A DNA stretch of 64,000 nt from an uncultured delta proteobacterium (GTDB taxonomy: Bacteria; Desulfobacterota; Syntrophorhabdia; Syntrophorhabdales; WCHB1-27), in contig CAWEPK010000007.1 of the NCBI GenBank assembly GCA_963810935.1, positions 64,001-128,000 on the forward strand, given 5' to 3'. The notes beneath the pieces are model-generated. The model was given only the letters and a program-made list of their open reading frames with translations, had not been told where the DNA came from and made no database searches. Shown here piece by piece: positions 22,157 through 30,882 of the stretch (its first letter is position 1; every line of letters begins with the position of its first letter). A program made the translations under genes and the position numbers.

Positions 22157-22219
22157 CGAGTTACAGTAAGACAAAAACTAATCTAAGTCAACTTATTTCT
22201 GTATGACAAATACCCGATG

Positions 22220-23218
22220 TCATCCGGCTTCGCGAAAGGTATTGGCCCGCCTGATGAAATCAATGCTGGGCCACTGTCGTCGGTCTGGTGGCAAAAAGAT
22301 TTCCCGGTTTAGGCGTGCTTCAAATTCGGGCATGCCTCCGCCGAGCCCCAACCGGACCAAGTCGCGCTTTTTTGTGGCATTAATCAGCATCCTTCTATCT
22401 TCGGTCAGATAAATCAGGCCCCGGTCATACGCCCTATGGTAGGTTGGTGAAAGACAAATCCCGTTCGTGACCTCGTCGGTACTGCCTTCGGCTCCTACGG
22501 GCAGAATGTGGGCGGCCTCAACCAGCCGTAGCTGAAGGCCGGTAACAGCGCACTTGCGATCGTATGCAACGGTAACCTTGCGGCGAAAGTCGCTGTCTCT
22601 TGCGAGGCGTGATATTTTGGCAATAATACGACGTCGTTCTTCTGGAACGGTAGCAACTTCTTCATCGGTCACAGCCTCAAAACGGGTGACCTTGCTCAGG
22701 ATGTCTGAGACCCTTGCGTCTGCTCCACTCTCATGAAGGGCCTCTACATTCAGTGAATACACGAGGATATTGTCGGGCCGGAATCCTATTGCAATTTCGT
22801 CATTTCCCTTTCGTACAAACGTAAACCCGTCTCGAACCGCGTTACGAAGTGCAGTGATGTTTATCTGTATGGATGGAGACCGAAGGGAGAAATCTCGGTG
22901 TTTGCGCAGATCAAAACCGGCAAAACACTTCGTGCCTGGGTCATAACCAAGGAGAAGGGTCGGGCCGTCGGGGTTTTCGGGAAGTGGCGGTGTCACCGAT
23001 GTCAATTGTATTCGATATTCATCAACGGGGCGTGCAGCCCCGCCACCATGAGTTAAGGTCCAAATATATATCCAGACCGAGAATGACATCTCGCCCGCGA
23101 CAATATAGAACCTACGGGGGTGTATTCGCTTCTCGGAAACGAGTGCGGCGGATGCTCCTGCTTCTGTGAATGCGTCTTCAATCGCACCGACGATTTGTGC
23201 AGGTGATAATGCTGCCAT
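22220..23218 (-). CDS. HNH endonuclease (putative restriction enzyme)
   Basis: C-terminal RDSDFR..V..AY...CAVTG...EAAHI...NGICLSPTYHRAYD (HNH_2-like); distinct N-terminal domain (YIWTLTHGGG..RP.DEYRIQ); adjacent to the methyltransferase. Confidence 0.85.
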   Translation of the reverse strand: MAALSPAQIVGAIEDAFTEAGASAALVSEKRIHPRRFYIVAGEMSFSVWIYIWTLTHGGGAARPVDEYRIQLTSVTPPLPENPDGPTLLLGYDPGTKCFAGFDLRKHRDFSLRSPSIQINITALRNAVRDGFTFVRKGNDEIAIGFRPDNILVYSLNVEALHESGADARVSDILSKVTRFEAVTDEEVATVPEERRRIIAKISRLARDSDFRRKVTVAYDRKCAVTGLQLRLVEAAHILPVGAEGSTDEVTNGICLSPTYHRAYDRGLIYLTEDRRMLINATKKRDLVRLGLGGGMPEFEARLNREIFLPPDRRQWPSIDFIRRANTFREAG

Positions 23219-23511
23219 TATTCATCCTATCTTATTTCTTCCCTATTTTGTAGCCCTAACTATTTTTTATCCTTTTACGTGTTTGCTCTCCATTCTACGT
23301 TTAGTATTGAAGGCGGTCAAGAAAAAATGACGAGACAGCGGCCGAAACGGGGTCGCGGCAAGTATTTTTATTTCTTTCCGGGAAGTCAGGCCCACGATTG
23401 CCGGCCGAAAGCTGCAAACGATGGCGGAAGAGGCGGATAACGGACTACAGGAAGGAAGACCGAAGCCCATGCGGTCTCACCAACCCGGCCCCCACGTTGC
23501 TTTCCCCGCCC

Positions 23512-23886
23512 CTAAACCCGCTCTTTGGCCCTCACGGCCGGTGTCTTCCTGCTTTTGGACGGGTTTGGGGGCCGGGCAGGCGCATCCTTCACGTAAACCG
23601 GTTCCGCGTGCAAAGCCAAACCGAGGGCGTCGATGACCTTCAGAACGGTGTCGAAGCCGGGGCTGCGTTCCCCGGAAAGCGCCTTATAGAGGCTTTCACG
23701 GGACAGGCCGGCGTCGCGCGCTACCTGGGACATGCCTCTGGCCCGCGCTATGTCGCCCAGGGCCTTGGCGATAAAGCCGGCGTCCCCGTTAGCCTCCTCA
23801 ATGCTCGCTTCGAGGTAAGCGGCCATTTCCTCCGGGGTGCGAAGGTGCTCGGCAACATCGTATTTGGTAGTAGTGGTGCGTGCCAT
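23512..23886 (-). CDS. Addiction-module antitoxin (HI1420-like, Xre HTH)
   Basis: YDVAEHL, ALGDIARARGMSQVARDAGLSRESLYKALSG..SP.F. Confidence 0.92.
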   Translation of the reverse strand: MARTTTTKYDVAEHLRTPEEMAAYLEASIEEANGDAGFIAKALGDIARARGMSQVARDAGLSRESLYKALSGERSPGFDTVLKVIDALGLALHAEPVYVKDAPARPPNPSKSRKTPAVRAKERV

Positions 23887-23889
23887 TGC

Positions 23890-24186
23890 TTACTCCTGTA
23901 AACCCCTTGCCAATCGCAAGGCGGTTTTGATATCCCTGGCCTGCGTGCGTTTGTCGCCTCCGGCTAATAGAATTACAAGCGATTGTCCGCACTCTTTATA
24001 GTAGACGCGGTAACCCGGTCCGTAGTCGATCCGCAATTCCGACACGCCTTCGCCGACAGGCCCTACATCTCCGGGGTTCCCTGCCGCCAACCGCTCTATT
24101 CTTACAAGCACACGAGCACGCGCACGGACATCATTCAGCCCGTCAAGCCACCGGGCGAAGACTTTAGTTTTGCGGACCTCGACCAT
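23890..24186 (-). CDS. Addiction-module toxin (HI1419-like, RelE/ParE superfamily)
   Basis: GNPGDV.PVGEGVSELRIDYGPGYRVY...LLAGGDKRTQ. Confidence 0.92.
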   Translation of the reverse strand: MVEVRKTKVFARWLDGLNDVRARARVLVRIERLAAGNPGDVGPVGEGVSELRIDYGPGYRVYYKECGQSLVILLAGGDKRTQARDIKTALRLARGLQE

Positions 24187-24221
24187 GAATATAGTGTAGC
24201 CTGTTGGCTACACTTTGTCAA
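24187..24221 (-). promoter_or_regulatory. Sigma70 promoter with overlapping palindromic operator (TA pair 1), leaderless
   Basis: TTGACA-N17-TACACT-6nt-ATG on the minus strand; palindrome AGTGTAGCC-tgtt-GGCTACACT at 24193..24214. Confidence 0.7.
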
Positions 24222-24296
24222 GAGGAATGACGGGATTGTAAGGAAGGCAGCGGCACCGCAAGGCAATTGACCCGGCCACCCCCTATGCCCCTACCG

Positions 24297-24602
24297 TCAG
24301 GCGGCGGTGCTGAGTCCTTCGGCCTCGATCGACAGCTTAAAGCCCATTGCGTGGAGGATGCTGAGGAGGCTTTTGAATTCGGGGTTTCCCCGCCCGGAAA
24401 GCATACGATAAAGGCTTTCCCGCGTTAGATTGGCCCTCTCTGCAATTGCCGCCATACCGCCGTTAGCCTCCACGACGTTTCTCAGCGCGAGCAGGAAGAC
24501 GGCGCGGTCTCTTTCTGCGATGGCTGCACTCAGGTACGCCGCAGCCTCGTTATGGTCCTTTAGCGCCTCGATCAAATCTTTTTGATAAGAAGATTCAGCC
24601 AT
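24297..24602 (-). CDS. Addiction-module antitoxin (HI1420-like), second copy
   Basis: AAAYL...FLLALRNVVEANGGMAAIAERANLTRESLYRMLSGRGNP. Confidence 0.9.
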   Translation of the reverse strand: MAESSYQKDLIEALKDHNEAAAYLSAAIAERDRAVFLLALRNVVEANGGMAAIAERANLTRESLYRMLSGRGNPEFKSLLSILHAMGFKLSIEAEGLSTAA

Positions 24603-24936
24603 GTTTATTCCTCTCCTTATAATCTTGCCAGTACTCTCTTGCGGTTGCTATGTCCTTTTGCTGACTCGATTTATTTCCGCCGAGCAGAAGCAACAGGAGG
24701 CGCTTGCCTTCAATCCCAAAGTAGATGCGGTATCCCGGTCCGTAATCGACCTTCAGTTCATAAACACCTGTGCCGACGGTACGGTAATCACCGAGGTTAC
24801 CCAGGCGGGCACGGTCCAATCGGATGCGTATCTTAGCCCTCGCCATAACGTCTCTAAGATTCTCAAGCCAGGCTTGGAAAGGTTTTTTCCCTTCACGAGT
24901 TATGTAATATTCAATCTCGTATGGGAAAATCGCCAT
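24595..24936 (-). CDS. Addiction-module toxin (HI1419-like), second copy
   Basis: GKKPF..WL, GNLGD...VG.GVYELKVDYGPGYRIYF...GGNKSSQ. Confidence 0.9.
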   Translation of the reverse strand: MAIFPYEIEYYITREGKKPFQAWLENLRDVMARAKIRIRLDRARLGNLGDYRTVGTGVYELKVDYGPGYRIYFGIEGKRLLLLLLGGNKSSQQKDIATAREYWQDYKERNKHG

Positions 24937-24970
24937 GATTAATTGTAACTTATAAGTTACTCCCCGTCAA
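24937..24970 (-). promoter_or_regulatory. Sigma70 promoter with perfect palindromic operator (TA pair 2), leaderless
   Basis: TTGACG-N17-TACAAT-5nt-ATG on the minus strand; perfect palindrome GTAACTTATAAGTTAC at 24945..24960. Confidence 0.7.
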
Positions 24971-25118
24971 GCGGGCGAATGGTGAAACCTGCCTCACCCC
25001 GGCCCCACACTACCCCGCTTTACACAATAGAAGCACTCTGTTACACTACCCCGTCGGCGGATTCTTTTGCCGCCTGTGTGGCTTTTCGCCGCAAATACAA
25101 GATACAGAAGGAGTATTC

Positions 25119-25748
25119 GTGAAAGGAAAAATAGTTTTACCGTTGGTGATCGCATTAGCATGCCTTATCTCAAACAATGCCATGGCAGTATCGGGGCGGG
25201 CCACTGACGCAGTGCGCGGAATGATGGACCAGGTAATCGCGATCCAGAACAACCAGGGCCTCCAGGGCCAGGAAGGACAGGCAACGAAGAAGACCGAAAT
25301 CAGGAACGTCATCCTCAAAAACTTCAATTTTGAAGAGATGATGAAGGGCGCCCTGGGCCAGTATTACAGCAGCCTGAATCAGGCGCAGCTCACCGAGTTC
25401 AAGTCGGTCTTTCAGGACCTCTTTCTCATTTCATATGCCAAGATGGTCATGGATTTCGTGAAGAATGAAAAAATTGACTTCAAGGGGGAGTCGGAGGGCG
25501 GTAGCCAGGTGACGGTGAAAACGGTCATGAAGTTCGTCGGCAGCGACATCACGGTGGACTATTCCCTTATGCAGAAAAGCGGGAAATATCAGGTCAGCGA
25601 CGTTGCCGCGGACGGCGTGAGCATGGTGGGCAATTACCGCAGCGCCTTCTCGCGCGTCATGAAGCAGGAGGGCTATACGGGCCTTCTCAAGAGAATGAAG
25701 CTCCAGCAGCAGGCAGCCGGGATGGAACAGATAAGCAGCGTGAAATAG
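25119..25748 (+). CDS. MlaC/Ttg2D-family periplasmic phospholipid-binding protein
   Basis: Signal peptide; FNFEEM...ALG, VDYSL...DV..DGVS...NYRSAF motifs; GAAGGAG RBS with GTG start. Confidence 0.85.
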   Translation: MKGKIVLPLVIALACLISNNAMAVSGRATDAVRGMMDQVIAIQNNQGLQGQEGQATKKTEIRNVILKNFNFEEMMKGALGQYYSSLNQAQLTEFKSVFQDLFLISYAKMVMDFVKNEKIDFKGESEGGSQVTVKTVMKFVGSDITVDYSLMQKSGKYQVSDVAADGVSMVGNYRSAFSRVMKQEGYTGLLKRMKLQQQAAGMEQISSVK

Positions 25749-25778
25749 CGTTATCTTTCATGCGGGGTGCCGCGGCCC

Positions 25779-26531
25779 TTACCTGCTGAGGCGAAAGGCC
25801 AGCGGCACCTGCACCCACTCATCCACGGCTGTCTCGCCCCGCTTTGCCGGGACAAAGCGCCAGCTCCGCACCGCCTCGCCGGCCGCCTTGTCGAGCACAT
25901 CATAGCCCGACGAGCGGGCAACCTCCAGTTGCAGGACATGCCCCTCCCGGCTCACCAGCACCTTCAGCATCACCGTCCCTTCCATCCCCATCTTCCGCGC
26001 CACAGGCGGATAGGCGGGCCGCGGGTTGTTCAGGTAGGCTGCGCCGAACCTGGGAGGGGTCGCAGTCACGGCCGACCCCATCGACGGCGCCGGAGGCATG
26101 GATGCGTGCGTCTGAAATCCGGGCAGCCCTGCGTCGCGGGAGACGGCGCTCCCGGCAGGTAGGTTCGTCCCCGGCAGGTTCACCGGCGTCGATGACGCGG
26201 GCGCATCGGACGGCGGTCCGGGCGGGGATGGGGCATCGGGCGCGGGCCGCTCGGGGGCCTGCCGCGCCGGCGGCTCTTTGGCGGGAGCGGCCCTGGCGGC
26301 CATGGGGAGCGGCTTCGGCGGCCTGACTGCGGGCGCTGCGACGGACTTCGGGGGCACGCGCTCTTCGAGAAGCTCCGCATCGATTGGGGCCGAGGCGTCC
26401 GGCACGGCCGACATGTGGCCGAGCATCAGGCCGAAGCCGTAAATCAGCGCAGCCCACAAAAGGCAGGCCAGCCCGGCAAGCCACGGCAGCCGCCGCCAGT
26501 GATCGTCAAGACGCTCCGTCGCCCTATGCAT
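25779..26531 (-). CDS. tonB: Energy transducer TonB
   Basis: N-terminal TM, Pro-rich linker, YP..AR..GMEGTV...SSGY..LD.AA...WRF.PA C-terminal domain. Confidence 0.92.
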   Translation of the reverse strand: MHRATERLDDHWRRLPWLAGLACLLWAALIYGFGLMLGHMSAVPDASAPIDAELLEERVPPKSVAAPAVRPPKPLPMAARAAPAKEPPARQAPERPAPDAPSPPGPPSDAPASSTPVNLPGTNLPAGSAVSRDAGLPGFQTHASMPPAPSMGSAVTATPPRFGAAYLNNPRPAYPPVARKMGMEGTVMLKVLVSREGHVLQLEVARSSGYDVLDKAAGEAVRSWRFVPAKRGETAVDEWVQVPLAFRLSR

Positions 26532-26536
26532 TTGCT

Positions 26537-26941
26537 TTATCCGTTATATTTGACTGCTATGAGAAAGTGCTGCGCGCCGGCGCGACGCGCCTCAAGCATG
26601 GCCTTGACTACTACCCCCTGGGGCGCGGCATTGTCGGCAGCAACTATTACGTGGCCGTTAGACGCCTTCAGTTTCGGCATCAGCACCTGCGTAAGGGTGG
26701 CCAGCGTGACGGGCGTCGCATCCAGGAAAATCGCCTGTTCCTTCGTCACGGTGAGCGTGATCGGGGCCTTTGCCTGTATCGGGTCTGCCTTCCCCTCGGG
26801 GAGGTTCACGGGCAGGGAATGGAGGCTCTGCAGGGAGAGGGACGCGAGCATGAAGGTCGCAAGCAAAAAGAACATCACGTCGATCATGGGGATGATCTGG
26901 ATGCGGCCGCTCCGCGCTTCTCTGGACCTGGGGATCTTCAT
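26537..26941 (-). CDS. exbD: Biopolymer transporter ExbD
   Basis: IIPMIDVMFFLLATFM motif; start overlaps the exbB stop. Confidence 0.92.
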   Translation of the reverse strand: MKIPRSREARSGRIQIIPMIDVMFFLLATFMLASLSLQSLHSLPVNLPEGKADPIQAKAPITLTVTKEQAIFLDATPVTLATLTQVLMPKLKASNGHVIVAADNAAPQGVVVKAMLEARRAGAQHFLIAVKYNG

Positions 26942-27612
26942 CTGAGGCCTCCTGCGCGGCCTGCCGCGTCGGCAGTCGCGGTCACCCCGTCCTGCTCGCG
27001 CCGGATGTGGTCGATAAGGTCCGTGCCGAGGCGTTCCATCTCGTCCATCGTCCTCGACTCGAGGTGGGAGAAGAAGTTGAAGGCGAACAGCGCGATCAGC
27101 GCGATAATGAGGCCGAGGGTCGTTGCGATTAGCGCCTGGGCAACGCCGCCCGTGATGCCCGTCGGGTTGACGAGGCCGCTTCCGCCGATGAGCTTGAAGG
27201 AGTCCATCATGCCTACGATCGTACCGACGAGCCCGAGCAAAGGCGCGCCCGTAACGACCGTCTCCAGCACCCACAGCCCCCGCTTGAGGGACTTCTCGAT
27301 CAGCCGGGCCTCTCTGGCCGCCCGCGATTCCACCCACCAGGGCGGCTGGGCGCGGTTCGCCAGGATCACACCGAAAAAGCGCGCGAAGTAGCTCTCCGCC
27401 TTCGCCGCCCCCATCTCAGCCTCAAGCTCGGACCAGCCTGAGCGGTCGCCGTCCAGGACGGCCGCCATCGACCCCGGCAGCCGCCCGTGCCGCCAGTAAA
27501 TGAACGCCTTGTCGAGGATGATCGTAATGGCGACGAGGCCCATGAGCAGCAGGGGGTATACCATGAGCCCCCCGAACTGGAGCGCCTTCATTGTCTGGAA
27601 AAAGTTGTCCAT
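26938..27612 (-). CDS. exbB: MotA/TolQ/ExbB proton channel
   Basis: APLLGLVGTIVGM and GVAQALIATTLGL motifs. Confidence 0.92.
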   Translation of the reverse strand: MDNFFQTMKALQFGGLMVYPLLLMGLVAITIILDKAFIYWRHGRLPGSMAAVLDGDRSGWSELEAEMGAAKAESYFARFFGVILANRAQPPWWVESRAAREARLIEKSLKRGLWVLETVVTGAPLLGLVGTIVGMMDSFKLIGGSGLVNPTGITGGVAQALIATTLGLIIALIALFAFNFFSHLESRTMDEMERLGTDLIDHIRREQDGVTATADAAGRAGGLR

Positions 27613-27623
27613 GTTCGTCTCCT

Positions 27624-29743
27624 TCAGAAATAATAGATCATGCTCAGCCGAAAAGTCAGGGGCTCGACGGGATGGAAGTGGACGTTATTGACCCCTGCGG
27701 CCGGCTCTCCCGGCAGGCGGGACGTATAATAGTATTCGATGTTGGCCGCCTTCGTGTTTAAAAGGTTCAATCCATCGAGCATAACGGTCCAGCTTTTCGT
27801 CAGCTTGTATCCCACCCGGCCGTTGAGGAGCCACGTTGCCGGGGCCCTTTCCGTGTTGTTGTCGACGAGCGGATAAGGGCCCTTGTAATGCAGTTGCAGG
27901 CTGCCGAAGTAGGGTCCCAGGTCATGCACGGCGACGTTGAACGTGCCCACACCCTCGACCGCTCCGGGTATGTGACTGCCCGGCGCGGATGGGTCAATGC
28001 CGGTAAGGCGGGCCTCGACGTAAGCGTAATCCGCGCGGATGGTGAGCCACGGCTTCGGGTTATAGGCGTTCGTCGAGCTCAACGCCGGTGCGGCGACTCG
28101 GCGGTCCGGGCGTTGTCGTGCCGGAGTCGCCGTCGAAAATAAGCTCCGATCCCATATCGAGCCGGTAAACGGTGAGCGCGCTTTGCAGGTTGGGGATAAA
28201 GGACGTGCGCGCCCCGACCTCGTACCCTTCGGTGCGCACCAGCGGGGTAACCCTCTGGCTGGGCAGGTTGGAATCCGGCCCGTTTCCGGGGGTTACGGTC
28301 ATCGTCGTCCCCCTGGCGTCGTTCGAGTGGAAGCCTCCGCCCGCGTTAATAAAATACTCCGTTTTGTCCCACGGGCCGAAAATAAGGCTCAGCTTCGGGT
28401 TGGCCATGCCCGCGCCCGAAGTGCCGGAATTGGCGGGGTTGTCGCTGCTCACGCGGAACTGGTAGAAGTCGGCCCGCACCCCCGTCTCGCTGCGGAACTT
28501 GGAAAGCCAGGGGATGCCGACCTGGTAGTAAAGGCCTTCGGAAGTCTCCATGACGCGGTCGGAGCGGACGATCGACAAAAGCTGCCTGTTCTGCGTGTTG
28601 TTGAGTCCCACGTTGATGTTGTCGTTTTGCGTTTGCAGGCCGATCGTGTGCTGTACGTCACGGCCGCCGACGTTAGTGAGCCAGGCGTGGCTTATGTTGA
28701 TCGCCTCGGTGACGCGCCGGTCCGTCTGCTGGAACTGGTCGCCGTGGACAGGGTCGTTCAGGAAATAAGTGAAGTCGGAATACAAGTCGAGGCTGCTTGC
28801 GATCGCGTATGCGTTGACGCGGGTGACGGAGGTGCCGGACGTGTGCTGCCAGGCCCCGGAAAGGCTGTAGCGCGAGGTGTTCGTGCCGTCCGTCGGGTTG
28901 AGGCTGCCGTATCGGCCGATGATGCCCTCATCCACTGCGCGCTGGGCGATCTGGTTCGTCGCGTTCCCCTCGCTGTGGTATCCCATGCCCTCGATGACGA
29001 GGCTGTCCGGCCCGTCCGCGAGGCTGTATTTCACGAGTCCGTTGAACTTGCGGAAGTGCTCGGGGTTGGTCCACGGGCCGTCATTGTATAAGCGTCTCCG
29101 AGGCGAAGAGGAGGTTGCCCTGGCCCAGCTTGGCCGAGTCTGCGAGGAGGGCGCGGGCGTAGTTGTTCTGCCCGCCCGTCACCATGGCGAACCCTTTTTC
29201 GAGCTTATCGACGTAACCGATGTTGATTGCCCCGACTGATGAGAAATCGCCCTCGTCCGCATAATACGGTCCCTTGCGATAGGCGACGCCCTGCACCAGC
29301 TCCGGTATGAGGAAGTTGAGGTCTGCATAACCCTGCCCGTGGGCGTTCGTCCGCTGGTTGACGAGCATGCCGTCTAAGGAGATGCGCAGGTCGGTGCCGT
29401 GGTCGAGGTTGACGCCGCGCAGGAAATACTGGTTCGCCTTGCCTTCGCCGCTGTGCTGTGTGACGACGAGGCCGGGCGTGACCTGCAATACCTCGCCGGG
29501 GTCGTAGGTCACCTGCGCCTCCACTTCCTTGCGCGGCGCGACGCCTTCACTCGCTGCGTCCTTAGGACCGGCGGGGGGCTCGGCCGAACCGGTGACTTCG
29601 ACGACGTCTAAAGTCTGTATCGGTTCGGGCGGTGCGGCAAAGGCAAGCGGTAGGGCGCATAAGGCGGGCAGGCCGCTCAAGATGATGAGAAGCAGCGCGG
29701 GAGCGCATGCCGATATTTTTTCGAGTCTGCTCTTATGTCTCAT
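27624..29743 (-). CDS. TonB-dependent receptor (probably for a metal such as Ni/Co), split by two probable frameshifts (~29089 and ~28075)
   Basis: Signal peptide, TonB box (DVVEVTG), plug PGLVVTQHSGEGKANQYFLRGVNLDHGTD. Frames join as ETL|YNDGPWTNPEHFRK and VEL|TNAYNPKPW. Ends with an aromatic residue (YYF). Confidence 0.88.
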
Positions 29744-29753
29744 CCTGTCTCAT

Positions 29754-29810
29754 AAAAAAAGGCCATGAGGGCCGCCCCAGCCTTCCGGCTGATTGCGGCC
29801 TTCATGGCCT
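29754..29810 (-). promoter_or_regulatory. Leader attenuator-like element, GCCAYGAAGGC motif (copy 2)
   Basis: Minus strand: GGCCATGAAGGCCGC-aat-CAGCC(GGAA)GGCTG-gg-GCGGCCCTCATGGCC-TTTTTTT, just before the receptor start codon. Confidence 0.7.
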
Positions 29811-29889
29811 CATCCGAATATGTGCTCCGTGTGCGATAATGGAAAGCCGGACGCGGCTCCCTACAGCGCGTCTCGCGCAGCCGCCATCA

Positions 29890-29946
29890 CAAAAAAACAG
29901 CCGCGAAGGCGTCCCTCTTCAAGAGGACATCCGGCCTTCGTGGCCC
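29890..29946 (-). promoter_or_regulatory. Leader attenuator-like element, GCCAYGAAGGC motif (copy 1)
   Basis: Minus strand: GGCCACGAAGGC-cggat-GTCCTC(TTGAA)GAGGGAC-GCCTTCGCGGCT-gTTTTTTT, downstream of a TTGACG-N17-TAAAAA promoter near 30022..30050. Confidence 0.65.
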
Positions 29947-30083
29947 CTCTACAAATTACCTGTTTGAATCGGCCCCTGCAGGGCCATGCCGCCCTACCGG
30001 GCAGCTTAAAGTTCCTTATTATTTTTAACATAAGCCTCCGCCCCCGTCAAGGAAAACGGTCGGGAATCGATCCGCCGTTGATA

Positions 30084-30815
30084 TTAAAAGGCGTAGCTCG
30101 CCGTGCCGCCCACCGAGACCCTCTCGGTAAACTGTATCTCCAGGCCGAACTTGAGCTGCTCCAGCCCCAGTATGGAGAACCTTGTTCCGAAAACCCCTCC
30201 CGCGAGGCTGTCGTTCCTTATCGAACGTGACGACTCGACGGCCGCTCCGTTCATTTGGGTGCGCACGTCCTGCGTAGATGCGCCGTAGAAGACCTTAGGG
30301 CCGCCGTAAAAGACGAAAACCTTGCAGGGAGTCCATTGACCCAGGACGGCGAAGCTGGCCGACCAGGGGGCCTTCAATTTGACGGAGCCGGCAGGGGTAA
30401 CGGACTCGTTGTAGTCCGACCAGACGCGGTCGATATAGAGCGTTCCGCCGATATCGAACTGAGGGTTGAACTTGTAAAGGACGCCACGGGCTCCGATGCC
30501 GCTATAGGGTTTCATGTTGTCCTTGAATGAGAAATCGGGTGAGAAATTGGGCAACTGCGCATCGGCGCCGCCAAGCCTCAGGAAGACCTCCATCCCTTTG
30601 CAGAAGCCGTAGCTGCCTTCCGCGAATACCTGGCTCTGCTGGAACCTGAAGCTCCCGCTGTTTTTCCACTTATCATCGTAGAAGAAATACCCCATCCCGA
30701 ACGAGAATTTGCCGGGAGACGCGGCTGGCTCGGCCGGGCCGAGGAGGCTTACCGCGTGGGCCGCCGTAGCAAGAGCCAATATGATTCCTACCGCCATAAG
30801 TAGACCTATCTTCAC
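30084..30815 (-). CDS. Outer-membrane beta-barrel protein
   Basis: Signal peptide ending AHA, amphipathic strands, C-terminal SYAF; AGGAGG RBS with GTG start. Confidence 0.8.
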   Translation of the reverse strand: MKIGLLMAVGIILALATAAHAVSLLGPAEPAASPGKFSFGMGYFFYDDKWKNSGSFRFQQSQVFAEGSYGFCKGMEVFLRLGGADAQLPNFSPDFSFKDNMKPYSGIGARGVLYKFNPQFDIGGTLYIDRVWSDYNESVTPAGSVKLKAPWSASFAVLGQWTPCKVFVFYGGPKVFYGASTQDVRTQMNGAAVESSRSIRNDSLAGGVFGTRFSILGLEQLKFGLEIQFTERVSVGGTASYAF

Positions 30816-30882
30816 CGTATCCTCCTATCCGGTCCCGTAGCGGCCCTTAATTGTCGCACATGACCGGATTGCACTAAGAATC

